Shown here: positions 34,492 through 43,973 of the stretch, piece by piece
How the letters are laid out: each line of letters opens with the position of its first letter
How positions within the stretch are numbered: position 1 is the stretch's first letter
Virus record (IMG/VR): IMGVR_UViG_3300028361_000502
Span: 1 to 53,099 of that record
Source: a virus
Lineage: Duplodnaviria; Caudoviricetes
Direction: 5' to 3' (one strand)
DNA: 53,099 bases
Notes under the pieces: model-generated
Told to the model about the DNA's origin: nothing
Databases searched by the model: none
Seen by the model: only the letters and a program-made list of their open reading frames with translations
Made by a program: the position numbers and the translations under genes

Positions 34492-35621
34492 TAGAGGCTG
34501 AATCCTTTGAATGTGTCACTGCTAACGTCCTGTTTAGTGCCGCCAGAAACGTAAGAACTTATCTGTGTTTGCTGAGGTGCCACTTGTACTTCGCTTCCGC
34601 TAATCCATTTCTGTGTCCAAGGCAGCGGATTGTTCTTGATAGTGTAGGGGCTTTTAAGATTTACATTGGTCATGCGTCGTGTACAGATCCATTCAATGTA
34701 TTCACTCAACAGTTGTGTGTTTAGGCCGATCATGCTTCCGTCTTTGAACAAATATTCTGCCCAAGCTTTTTCTTGATCTACTGCGTCGATAAACATTTGA
34801 ACGCAGGCTGCTTCTGTTTCAGATGCAATCTTTTCAAAGTCTGGATCATCCTTCTTCAGTATCTTGAGCAGCATCTGAGTTGAAGCTAGGTGCAGGTTCT
34901 CATCACGAGCAATCAACTTGATGATCTTAGCATTGCCTTCCATCTTCTTAAGTTCAGCAAACGCCCAACTACATGCAAAGCTTACATAGAAGCGAACACC
35001 TTCGAGAATGTTCACACTCATCAATGCTAGCCACAACAGTTTCTTTAATTCATAAAGATCAACCACCACAGTGTTACCGTTCACAGTGTGTACGCCTTCA
35101 CCTAGTAGATTGTAGTAACTGGCCAGTTCAATTAGGTCGTCGTAGTACTTTGAAATGTCTCCTGCACAGTCTACAATTTCTGTAATGTTCATCATCTCGT
35201 CAAAGATCTTGCTGGGGTTGGAATAGATGTTGCGGATGATGTGTGTATAGCTTCTGCTGTGGATGGTCTCAGAGAACGTCCAAGTGATGATCCAGTTCTC
35301 TAGTTCAGGTAGGCTTACAATAGTACCAAAGCTTTCTGCTGGTGCTCGACCCTGTACTGAGTCCAACAGTATTTGACGCTTGAGGTTTGAAGTAAAGATA
35401 TGTCGCTCATGGTCTGTGAGAGCCTTAAAGTCTTTGGCATCTTGATAGATGTCTATTTCCTCAGGACGCCAAAAGAATCCCAACTGCTTGTCTGTTAGTT
35501 GATCAAACTGTTTGTACTTCAGTGTATCATAACGCTGAATTGTTGGGCCACCACTTGGATCAAGGAACGCCTTTACTGTAGTATGGTCTACTGTGTTGGT
35601 GGTGTCAAATACACTGCTCAT
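34491..35621 (-). CDS. nrdB: Class Ia ribonucleotide reductase beta subunit
   Basis: FFWRPEE, QILLDSVQGR, ETIHSRSY, LEGVRFYVSF, RDENLH; promoter TTGACA-N17-TAAAAT at 35650-35678. Confidence 0.97.
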   Translation of the reverse strand: MSSVFDTTNTVDHTTVKAFLDPSGGPTIQRYDTLKYKQFDQLTDKQLGFFWRPEEIDIYQDAKDFKALTDHERHIFTSNLKRQILLDSVQGRAPAESFGTIVSLPELENWIITWTFSETIHSRSYTHIIRNIYSNPSKIFDEMMNITEIVDCAGDISKYYDDLIELASYYNLLGEGVHTVNGNTVVVDLYELKKLLWLALMSVNILEGVRFYVSFACSWAFAELKKMEGNAKIIKLIARDENLHLASTQMLLKILKKDDPDFEKIASETEAACVQMFIDAVDQEKAWAEYLFKDGSMIGLNTQLLSEYIEWICTRRMTNVNLKSPYTIKNNPLPWTQKWISGSEVQVAPQQTQISSYVSGGTKQDVSSDTFKGFSL

Positions 35622-35681
35622 TATAATAATCCTTTGATTTTAATTGTTAATTTTAACACACTGCTCACAGTGTGTCAACAT

Positions 35682-36233
35682 TTATATAGTGCAACTTTCA
35701 CATTCGCCGCCTGCATCCGCTGGGACAGCGGGCAATTCCTGTACGCTGTTATCAGATATCATTTTGTCTGTGTCCAACTCGCCTTGGCCATCGTTTGTTT
35801 GGAAATAATAAAGCTGTTTTCCGCCTAGCTTGTAGAACAACAGTAGGTGCTGTAGCATAGTGCTGAGAGGTATTTTCTCATCTTCGTAGTACTGTGGATT
35901 GTAACTGGTGTTTACACTGATGCCTTGATCAATGTATTTCTGCAACACTGCCACGATCTTTAAATAGCCTTCTGGGCTACGCTGATCCCACAGTAGATCA
36001 TATTTGTTCTTGAGCTTTTTAAACTCTGGCACTACCTGCTTGAGTACGCCATGCTTGCTCTGCTTGATTGAGATTAGACTGCGCGGTGGTTCAATACCGT
36101 TGGTAGCATTTGCAATTTGCGCACTAGTGTTATGACTAATGCATCCATTTGACAAGGTATAAGTTTCGTTGTCAGTTGAAACATCCCAAGTGTGTTCTGT
36201 TCCTGCGTCTCTTGTAATACGTTTAATTTTCAT
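35682..36233 (-). CDS. nrdA: NrdA fragment 3: split-intein C-half (35 aa) plus NrdA C-terminus
   Basis: TWDVSTDNETYTLSNGCISHN then TSAQIANATNGIEPPR...KQLYY...CESC; start moved to ATG 36233. Confidence 0.92.
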   Translation of the reverse strand: MKIKRITRDAGTEHTWDVSTDNETYTLSNGCISHNTSAQIANATNGIEPPRSLISIKQSKHGVLKQVVPEFKKLKNKYDLLWDQRSPEGYLKIVAVLQKYIDQGISVNTSYNPQYYEDEKIPLSTMLQHLLLFYKLGGKQLYYFQTNDGQGELDTDKMISDNSVQELPAVPADAGGECESCTI

Positions 36234-36487
36234 TTTAATAATTCCTCTTTTGTAATTGAACATTTTCCTTGTTTTGACACGTTATCTTCCCAGGGAATAA
36301 ATTCTAAATTTTGCAAGCTTCCTAATAGCGCAGGATCAATTCCTTCAATAAATCCTCGAGATATTGAGAATTTATGATCTAGATGATAGGCGTTGTTGAT
36401 ACCTGCTCGGCCTCTTTTTTCATAATTCACTAATAAATTTAGGTCATGTTGATTAGTATATTCCCAGTCATACGGGTTTGCTTTCAT
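36230..36487 (-). CDS. Truncated HNH-type endonuclease remnant between the intein halves
   Basis: YHLDHKFSI...NLEFIPWEDNVSK; only 85 aa; AT-rich. Confidence 0.65.
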   Translation of the reverse strand: MKANPYDWEYTNQHDLNLLVNYEKRGRAGINNAYHLDHKFSISRGFIEGIDPALLGSLQNLEFIPWEDNVSKQGKCSITKEELLK

Positions 36488-36504
36488 ATTATCTCCTGTT
36501 AGCG

Positions 36505-37461
36505 TTAATGCTTATAATTAACGCTAACAATATCGTCATCTTCTAATAAATCTTTAACTTCGATCCATTCTTTTATGTTATTTCGTAATACAAGAAGTTT
36601 GTGATTATTAGTAAATTTATATACCGATCCGTCTTCTAATTCAATTTCTGTAACAGATTGAGGGCCATTATAATAACATTCATATGCTATACTATCTGAC
36701 AATTCAACTGGTTTAAGGAATGGAAATCTCTGACCTATCATGAATTTTTCGTGAACAGTGTTAATATCAATTTTTCCGTAATCTTGAATAACTTCGGCGA
36801 GCGTTACAACTGTTCCATCTTTTAGCCTCATTTCATTTGCCAAGCTTTGACATTCACTAGGCATCAGTGCCATCAGTGTTGAGTTGCGGATGCCAGTTGT
36901 CTTAAGCTGTTCACGCAGACCTTGCCAATCCATGCGTTCTTGATGTGGTACTAGTTCGTCCAGTGCTGACGCATAGGTTTGATTAGGTGTGATGCCTAGG
37001 CCGTACTTGGTTTCAGGTGTTCCAGGGCAAGCACCAAATTCTACTGCAAGATCAGCACTGGCTTTGATCAAATAGTAACTCCAAGCTTCTGCCCATTCGT
37101 CAATCAGTGCTAGCCCTTGTGCGTCAATGTTTTGATAGCTGAGACTGTTCTTGGCCATCCAGTAAGCAAAATTGATAATGCCAATGCCCAAAGGTCTACG
37201 CTTTTCTGTACTAAGTTGGGCAGCTAGGATAGGATAGTTTTGATAGCTCAACAGTGCATCTAGTCCACGTACTGCTAAACGACATACACGCTCAAAGTCT
37301 GCTGGTGTACGAATGTTGCCCCAATTTATTGCTGACAAGGTACAAAGGCTGATAGCGGCGCCGTCGTAATCTTCTACCATTTCGTCTACATAGTAATATT
37401 CTTCGTCTTCGTGTATATCAATCTTGTCCTCAACAATTTCATATAGCCAATCATCTTTCAT
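36505..37461 (-). CDS. nrdA: NrdA fragment 2: acidic head, NrdA core, split-intein N-half (from Cys at 36852)
   Basis: ISLCTLSAINWG, RRPLGIGIINFAY, GIRNSTLMALMPSE then CQSLAN...FTNNHKL...WIEVKDL. Confidence 0.92.
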   Translation of the reverse strand: MKDDWLYEIVEDKIDIHEDEEYYYVDEMVEDYDGAAISLCTLSAINWGNIRTPADFERVCRLAVRGLDALLSYQNYPILAAQLSTEKRRPLGIGIINFAYWMAKNSLSYQNIDAQGLALIDEWAEAWSYYLIKASADLAVEFGACPGTPETKYGLGITPNQTYASALDELVPHQERMDWQGLREQLKTTGIRNSTLMALMPSECQSLANEMRLKDGTVVTLAEVIQDYGKIDINTVHEKFMIGQRFPFLKPVELSDSIAYECYYNGPQSVTEIELEDGSVYKFTNNHKLLVLRNNIKEWIEVKDLLEDDDIVSVNYKH

Positions 37462-38219
37462 TTTTTATATCCTTTTAATTTTCTAAGTTTGAACATTGAC
37501 AGTCCTGTTGCGTTTGATGCTTCTGTCATTGAACCGTATTCCACATTATCGACTACAATAGACTTTGAGAACGAATTATCGGAACCGTACATTGCTTTGC
37601 CGGGCTTGCCCTTGCTTTTCCATTCTTTACAATCATATTCTACATTTCGATTATTCGTTATTTTTTTGCACTTATAGCCTTTGTAATGCTGTTTATTTCC
37701 TCTTGCAACAGCACTCATTGCTGAAGGATTTAGATTATTTTCTTTACAATACTCTAGCATATTTTCTCGAACTATTGTTGTACCGTCAGGAGTTGTGATT
37801 TCCCACGTGTCAATTTTTAATTTATGTCTGTTATGATCGCCCCATAACTGCTTTCCTTTGTGAGGACTAGGTTTTCCTTTTTTTGCTTTAGATATCCTAT
37901 CATAATATATTTTAGCTAGCTCTGGATTATCGTGATGGCTCCAGCCTTTTCCAGAATAGTTATGCAGATTATAATACTCGCTACTATTTGCAGCATCAAC
38001 ATTGCATAAAATTTCTTGTTCTTTTGAAACTGCTTCCTCTCCAGTCATATTAGAATGTAAAATTTTTCTAGTATAATTATGAGGATTTTTATCATAAATC
38101 TCGTTAAAATAATTACTAGATGAAATATAGCCGTCACACATTGTTCCGTAATGCGACCCGATATATTTCATCTTGTCTATTTTTGATTCCCACATATAAA
38201 TAAAACCTTGCTTTTCCAT
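37458..38219 (-). CDS. GIY-YIG (Seg-like) homing endonuclease splitting nrdA
   Basis: GFIYMW...KYIGSH, YISSS, YYNL; C-terminal NUMOD/HTH repeats. Confidence 0.85.
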   Translation of the reverse strand: MEKQGFIYMWESKIDKMKYIGSHYGTMCDGYISSSNYFNEIYDKNPHNYTRKILHSNMTGEEAVSKEQEILCNVDAANSSEYYNLHNYSGKGWSHHDNPELAKIYYDRISKAKKGKPSPHKGKQLWGDHNRHKLKIDTWEITTPDGTTIVRENMLEYCKENNLNPSAMSAVARGNKQHYKGYKCKKITNNRNVEYDCKEWKSKGKPGKAMYGSDNSFSKSIVVDNVEYGSMTEASNATGLSMFKLRKLKGYKK

Positions 38220-38243
38220 AATATTATACCTTTCTGTATAATA

Positions 38244-39731
38244 TTATTTATCCTTATGTACTTTTTTGCCGTTAAGTTTTTCTTTATCAAGTCTAAGGAT
38301 ATTGCTAACTGATTTTTTATATTCTAAGTATTCCTGATACTTTTCTTTTGGTACACGAACTTTTCTCCTATGGGCTCCGTCGTTTAGATCGTTCAACGGC
38401 TTGGTAGGCAGGTCAATTTCTGCGCAAAGATTTGATTGTCTAATAGGAGCAATTGACGGAATAAAGCTGCCGTGACTGTTGGCATTGTCTACATTCTGTA
38501 GATAGATACGACCTGTGTTCTTGCGCTCTTCCATAAAGCTGCTGAACAAGTCAATAGCTTTAATAGTCTTTTTGCGCAGTTTGGTGTTGCGTTCAGCAGT
38601 TTCATACAGTTCACGGAACAGATCTTGATCCGCAAAGAAAGCATCATACAGCCCAGGAACATCTGCAGGGGAAAACAGTGTGATGTCAGCGCCCTGTATC
38701 AGTCTTTCATAAAACAGTTTGTTAAACTGTACGCCATAATCCATATGACGCACTCGATTTTCTTCTGTGCCTTTGTTGTTCTTCAGCACCAACATATCTT
38801 CTATCTCATAGTGCCATATAGGGTAGTAGATAGTGGCTGCACCGCCTCTTACTCCGCCTTGACTACAGCTTTTAACAGCTGATTGAAAGTGCTTGTAGAA
38901 AGGAATAATACCTGTATGGTAAGCATCACCTTTGCGTATAGGTGATCCGATAGCACGGATGTTGCCGCCGCCTATGCCAATGCCTGCTTTCTGACTAACA
39001 TATTTGACAATACTAGCGGCTGTGGCATTGATGCTGTCTAGGCTATCACCTGTTTCAATTAAAACACAACTTGAGAACTGACGCTGTGGTGTACGAACAC
39101 CTGCCATAACCGGTGTAGGCAAGCTGATGTCATGCTGGCTGACAGCATCGTAGTAGTCCTTGACCCAGGTTAGCCTTGACTCTTTGGGATAGTTGTGAAA
39201 CAGTGTGGCAGCGATCAGTATATAGCATACCTGCGGAGTTTCAAAGATTTCACCACTGACCCTGTTCTGTACTAGATACTTGCCGCGCAGTTGCTCCATG
39301 GCCACATAGGTTAAACTTTCATCACGCTCATGTTTTACAAAACTGTTGATGCGATCCCACTCTTCGTCTGTGTAGTATGAGATCAATTCTGGATCATAAA
39401 ATCCTAGATCAGTATTGCGTTTAACTAGGTCTTTGACAGCACAAGGTTCAAACTGTCCGTATACTTCTTTGCGCAGGGCATAGTTGATCATTCTCCCGCC
39501 TACATATTGATAGTTGGGATTTTCTTCTGAGATAAGATCCGCCGCAGCTTTGATCAGTGTTTCTTGAATCTCTTTGGTAGTAATACCGTTGTAAAACTGT
39601 ATCTGACTCTTGATTTCCACTTCGCTTGGGCTAACTCCAGTTATGTCATCACAGGCATAAAAAACAACCTTGTGTAATTTTTCAATATCTAGAGGCTCTT
39701 TGCGCCCTGCTCGCTTGGTGACTTGAATCAT
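38244..39731 (-). CDS. nrdA: NrdA fragment 1: ATP cone through the catalytic NLCAE, plus a basic tail
   Basis: MIQVTKR ATP cone, TPVMAGVRT, FSSCVLIE, GGVRGG, RQSNLCAEI; start moved to 39731. Confidence 0.95.
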   Translation of the reverse strand: MIQVTKRAGRKEPLDIEKLHKVVFYACDDITGVSPSEVEIKSQIQFYNGITTKEIQETLIKAAADLISEENPNYQYVGGRMINYALRKEVYGQFEPCAVKDLVKRNTDLGFYDPELISYYTDEEWDRINSFVKHERDESLTYVAMEQLRGKYLVQNRVSGEIFETPQVCYILIAATLFHNYPKESRLTWVKDYYDAVSQHDISLPTPVMAGVRTPQRQFSSCVLIETGDSLDSINATAASIVKYVSQKAGIGIGGGNIRAIGSPIRKGDAYHTGIIPFYKHFQSAVKSCSQGGVRGGAATIYYPIWHYEIEDMLVLKNNKGTEENRVRHMDYGVQFNKLFYERLIQGADITLFSPADVPGLYDAFFADQDLFRELYETAERNTKLRKKTIKAIDLFSSFMEERKNTGRIYLQNVDNANSHGSFIPSIAPIRQSNLCAEIDLPTKPLNDLNDGAHRRKVRVPKEKYQEYLEYKKSVSNILRLDKEKLNGKKVHKDK

Positions 39732-39765
39732 TTTTATTTCCTTGTTCTGTTGTGTGATCTGATAT

Positions 39766-40191
39766 TTATTGGAGTGATGGCATGAGGTACTGGTATTCAG
39801 AAACGGTGGTGGTGGGAACTTGGCTTCTGTGAACATGCGTATCTCCGGCTGGGCTGACAACCCTATCATCAATGAACAGTAAGTATTCTACAGATGATCT
39901 TTGTTTGTCGTGTGTAATATGTATCTCGAATCTGGCAGGAGTAAAACGGTCAGTTAATTGTAAGGTGTAGCAGATCGCAAGGATCTTCACGAACACACAA
40001 TAATTATTTTCCTTGATTATTTCCCACGGTGCAGGCCAGGTACTTTGAGTGTAAGGGTCAGCAGCAATGCTGACCTCTGGGGCACGATTGAATAGGTCAA
40101 TTGTGTCCTGTATAGGGTCTTCAGCCGTCTCTAGTGCAGATCTGAAAGATCTCCAGAGTGCTAGACGTTGCTCATATGTTTTATCGAACAT
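39766..40191 (-). CDS. Hypothetical phage protein
   Basis: 141 aa; WPAPWEII..NNYC motif. Confidence 0.7.
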   Translation of the reverse strand: MFDKTYEQRLALWRSFRSALETAEDPIQDTIDLFNRAPEVSIAADPYTQSTWPAPWEIIKENNYCVFVKILAICYTLQLTDRFTPARFEIHITHDKQRSSVEYLLFIDDRVVSPAGDTHVHRSQVPTTTVSEYQYLMPSLQ

Positions 40192-40193
40192 TA

Positions 40194-41810
40194 TTATGTT
40201 TTATATTTCACTGTGTAAACTAATTCAGCTTGGTCGCTGCTCGTAAAGTTTAACACCATGATGGACACTGTGTCAACCACTGTGTCGCCATTTTCGTCAG
40301 TTATCTGTGCGAAAAATCTTAGATTTTCTTGGAACAACACATCGCCAGTGTAGTCATATTCATCTGTAATATTGTATGTGTTGTTGTTAGGATTGACTAC
40401 TAGATTTAGTGTACCGTTTCTCGCAGCGTCTACTTGACTACTGCGATAGAAGTAATCAATCACATAGCCTTTGGCTGAGCCAAGTGCTGGAAGCTTGAAC
40501 AGTCTAGTAGCTTCAGAATATTGTCCCAGTGATATTCTGTGTGAACGGTTTATCTGTGTTATCTGTGAACCTTGTACTTCTGTGGTATAAGGAACGTTGA
40601 TAATAAAATTAGCATCATAGCCCAACAGTTCTGCTCGTTGGAAATAATCGTTTGTGCTTACGCCGCCAGGGCCATTGAATTGAATAATAGGATATCTGTT
40701 GTTGCTGGGACTGCCGCCATCGTTGCCAACATTGTAATACTTGTTGCTGTCACTGACATTGTCAACACCAATGTAAACAAAGATAGCATGACTCGCAACA
40801 TCATCAAAAGTGCTGTTTGATATTTTGTTTTGATAAGGACCCGAAAGCTGACCGCTGACGCCTAATACTGTGGTTTCGCCAAACACTATGCCTGCCCACA
40901 GTGTTTTGAATTCACAGTTGTTCCACGTGTTGTTGTTGATGTCTTGATTGCTGATCACAGCATAAGCATAACCAGATACTGATACATTTTCAAATGTGTT
41001 GTTTTGTGAAGTAACTGCTGTGCTTAGTCCTGCAAGCAGTACAGCAACATTGGACCTAGCAACTGTGTTGCCAATTTGCCATGTGCCCACGATCTTTATA
41101 TTTGTAAAAGAACTGTCTTTACAGCTCTGTAATTCAAACGCTGGTGAGCTTTGTGTTTGTATTGTAAGATCTGATATTGAAATTTGTCTAGCTTGATTTA
41201 GTGTAGTGCTGACTGCATCGCTAGCATAGCTGCCTACTGTGCTGGTTTCATTCACAGTTCTAAAAGCCACATGATTGCCAGTTATAATAACAGTTCTGTC
41301 TATGCCAGCGCCGCGAATAGTTACAAACGGCGGAAGGAATACAGTGCTGCTAATTCTATATTCGCCTGGCTCAAATATCAATTCCACTCTGCTCAGTGCT
41401 TGACCTTTGTTGGCTGCGTTGAGGTACAGTTGATCAACAGCACGTTGAATAGCCACTGTCTGATCAAGTCCATCGCCTAGAGCACCAAATGCTCTTATGC
41501 TCACACGATCATCTAGTCTTTCCTGTAGTGTTCTCAGCACAGGTGTGTTTATTGTAGTACCAGTTTGAATATTGCCTGCGCCGCTCTTGTATGCGTAGGT
41601 ATCAGCAAATTGAAACAGATCGTCGTTTTCGCTTAACAGTTTGGTATTGCCTACTAGGGGAGCACCTTCTGACACTGCACCGTTACCGATGAACAGTTCC
41701 TGTGTGTCAATTGCCCATCCCAGTTCACCTGAAGCCAGTTGTGGTAGACCCGAGCCTGCTTGTTTTCTACCTCTACGAATCTGTATTCTTGAAATTGATA
41801 CGACAGCCAC
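40194..41810 (-). CDS. Virion structural protein with a pectate-lyase-like beta-helix (tail spike/fibre-like)
   Basis: IQIRRG...LASGELGWAIDTQELFIGNG head; FGALGDGLDQTVAIQRA, PGEYRIS; Asn-rich repeats. Confidence 0.75.
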   Translation of the reverse strand: MAVVSISRIQIRRGRKQAGSGLPQLASGELGWAIDTQELFIGNGAVSEGAPLVGNTKLLSENDDLFQFADTYAYKSGAGNIQTGTTINTPVLRTLQERLDDRVSIRAFGALGDGLDQTVAIQRAVDQLYLNAANKGQALSRVELIFEPGEYRISSTVFLPPFVTIRGAGIDRTVIITGNHVAFRTVNETSTVGSYASDAVSTTLNQARQISISDLTIQTQSSPAFELQSCKDSSFTNIKIVGTWQIGNTVARSNVAVLLAGLSTAVTSQNNTFENVSVSGYAYAVISNQDINNNTWNNCEFKTLWAGIVFGETTVLGVSGQLSGPYQNKISNSTFDDVASHAIFVYIGVDNVSDSNKYYNVGNDGGSPSNNRYPIIQFNGPGGVSTNDYFQRAELLGYDANFIINVPYTTEVQGSQITQINRSHRISLGQYSEATRLFKLPALGSAKGYVIDYFYRSSQVDAARNGTLNLVVNPNNNTYNITDEYDYTGDVLFQENLRFFAQITDENGDTVVDTVSIMVLNFTSSDQAELVYTVKYKT

Positions 41811-41837
41811 GTGTCTCTCCTACGTTATTTTTAGTAT

Positions 41838-42151
41838 TTATCTATTTTTGTGTCCTATCACATCTGCCAATAATTTAACTTTCGTTTGAAAATCTTCGAG
41901 ATGTAAATCGAATTTCATTCGATTTACCCACCAGCATGTTTTGGTAAATTTGAAATGTCAACCATTGCTCTAGCAGCATTTATTTTAGAAGGGCGGCCGC
42001 CGGATCCAAAATATTTCATCCACTCTTCAATTTTATGAAAATCGTCTATACTAACTGATTCTACAAACTCTCTATCTTCGTGTGGATAGTGTCTTACATC
42101 CTTTTTAGCATTTCGGCGAAATGAATTATACTCTGGAGTCTTAACAGGCAT
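41838..42151 (-). pseudogene. Degenerate HNH-like endonuclease
   Basis: 75-aa ORF followed in a shifted frame by TCWWVNRMKFDLHLEDFQTKVKLL, an HNH-type C-terminal motif. Confidence 0.45.
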
Positions 42152-42834
42152 TATGCACAATTCTTATAATAATCGTATACTCTGTCCCATGCTTTTTTTG
42201 ACCAGTATTCCCACTCGTCGGGCCATACATCAAATTGTTGATAGGTTAGATCACGACTACACATAAAGATGTGTCCTTCACGGATATCTGTACCGTGTAC
42301 TTCATTATGTGCAATACCATAAAGAACAATTTGTAATCGATAGTCTTCAACCCATTCAGGCTTCTTGGGTTTATTAGACTGCTTAAAATCCATAATACTG
42401 GCATTGCCTTTGTATTGGCCAACTAGGTCAGTGGTGCCTGCGTAGATGCCTGGAACATACAGTGGAACTTCACTGCCCCATATCTCATCAACGTGAACCA
42501 TAGCTTCGTCACGTACAACACAGGCCATTTTGTATGCCTGCTGTGCATAGGGATTGCTGCCTGCTGATTCTGTCCACACACCATTGTCTACATAATCTTC
42601 AAGATACTTGTGCATTCTAGTGCCAACACCAGCAGCTTCAGTGGTAATCTCTTGTGCTTTGGCATGGCCTACTCTGTTGCGCCACTGTATCAAATGTGTT
42701 TGATCTTTGGTAGCACTGAGAATAGTAGTAACACTGGCTACGGGCGCTCCACCAGGTGCAGCGTATCTTCTTTTGCCGTCAACTTCAACTCGTTTTAATT
42801 TCTCGTATGTATACTTGGGTTTAATTAATGTCAT
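42151..42834 (-). CDS. PD-(D/E)xK exonuclease (Cas4/RecB-like phage exonuclease)
   Basis: SVTTILS, GTRMHKYLE, E..LY, YAGTTDL, IMDFKQS, Q...Y; promoter TTGACA-N17-TAGTAT ends 6 nt before the ATG. Confidence 0.88.
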   Translation of the reverse strand: MTLIKPKYTYEKLKRVEVDGKRRYAAPGGAPVASVTTILSATKDQTHLIQWRNRVGHAKAQEITTEAAGVGTRMHKYLEDYVDNGVWTESAGSNPYAQQAYKMACVVRDEAMVHVDEIWGSEVPLYVPGIYAGTTDLVGQYKGNASIMDFKQSNKPKKPEWVEDYRLQIVLYGIAHNEVHGTDIREGHIFMCSRDLTYQQFDVWPDEWEYWSKKAWDRVYDYYKNCA

Positions 42835-42870
42835 AGCACCATACTAACACACTATCATACTATTGTCAAG

Positions 42871-43194
42871 TTAAAGTTTGTCGCCGACATCAGTAGCACT
42901 CTTTGCCATACTGCCCACAGTGTCACTGGGGCGACCAGAGTTGCCAGGCAGGCCCTCTACGTCATCTACTTCACTGGTCTTGAATTCGATCTTGTCTTGA
43001 TCAAAGTTGGTGACCAGTGCCTGTAGGCGTGGATCTGCGTCATAGGCTGCTTTGAACACTTCGTATGTGAACTGTCCGCGGCCTTGATTCTGTAGGAAAT
43101 TATCGAGTTTTTTCACAGATAAAGCGGCCACTCCGGCCGCTTTTTGTTGTCTCAGTATACCGTAGATAAAGTCTGAATCTATACCTTCAGTTAC
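42871..43194 (-). CDS. Hypothetical protein, possibly expressed as a -1 frameshift extension of the upstream gene
   Basis: Frame is open from the A9 run (VTEGIDSDFIYGIL...); only a GTG start at 43131, buried in a hairpin. Confidence 0.6.
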   Translation of the reverse strand, partial: VTEGIDSDFIYGILRQQKAAGVAALSVKKLDNFLQNQGRGQFTYEVFKAAYDADPRLQALVTNFDQDKIEFKTSEVDDVEGLPGNSGRPSDTVGSMAKSATDVGDKL

Positions 43195-43937
43195 TTTTTT
43201 TTTGAGTACTGAACGCTTTCACGCTTTTCACGACCCATTGGTGCTTCACCACCTGCGGCTGCGTCTGCTGCGCCAAACTCGTCGTCGCCGCCTAGATCCA
43301 CTTCCATTTCATCGCCACCTTCCATGTCAGTGGTTGGTTCCATGTCCATGTCTGCGTCGTCTGCGCCCATGGTGTCCATAGGCTCTGCTTCACCTGTGAG
43401 CATACCAACACCCTGTGTAAGTGTTTGACGTGTGGTTTCCATTACACCATACATTGCTTCAAGTGCAGGCTTGATTGATGCTGTGAACGCTTCTGACTTT
43501 TCTGAACCCATCTCATCACGGATAGCATCTGCCAGTTCCAGCATTGACTCTGTCTGCATCTCCGCAGTGTCTTCCATCCAACCAGTAACACGATCAACCA
43601 TGTCCTTAGCTGCCATAACCAGTTCAGCTGAATCTTCTGCGCCTTCGTTTACTCTGCGCACTGCTTCGTCAATAGCATCTACGATGCTGTCGTCACGCTC
43701 TGATATTGCAGCGTTCAACACATCTAGGAACATCTTGTTCTTAGCATAATCTTTGTTTTGAACTGCATCAAAGCTTTCAGTTGTTTCTACATTAAACACT
43801 CGAGTGCGCAGCTTATTACGAGCATCCATTAGTTGCTCAGTAGTAAAGCTGTCAATGTCAATCTTAGCGCCGAATCGCTGTGCTAGACTTTCGTTAAGCT
43901 TCTTGGCAGTTATTTTTGTAAATTCTCTAAGGTTCAT
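43191..43937 (-). CDS. Acidic helical protein, probable head/scaffold-associated
   Basis: MNLREF start; repeated LNES/TTES/VNEG sites; late promoter. Confidence 0.65.
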   Translation of the reverse strand: MNLREFTKITAKKLNESLAQRFGAKIDIDSFTTEQLMDARNKLRTRVFNVETTESFDAVQNKDYAKNKMFLDVLNAAISERDDSIVDAIDEAVRRVNEGAEDSAELVMAAKDMVDRVTGWMEDTAEMQTESMLELADAIRDEMGSEKSEAFTASIKPALEAMYGVMETTRQTLTQGVGMLTGEAEPMDTMGADDADMDMEPTTDMEGGDEMEVDLGGDDEFGAADAAAGGEAPMGREKRESVQYSKKK

Positions 43938-43973
43938 GATATCTTCCTGGGTGAAATATGTTAATATTATTTA

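Noticed and set aside
37462-38375. Intein or intron at the first nrdA break
   Set aside because: No Cys/Ser block A after the N-extein and no HN-C/S/T before fragment 2; non-coding gaps are too short for a ribozyme core
42151-42834. Cas4 as a sign of a CRISPR-Cas locus
   Set aside because: Lacks the four-Cys Fe-S cluster and any neighbouring cas gene; an ordinary phage exonuclease fits better
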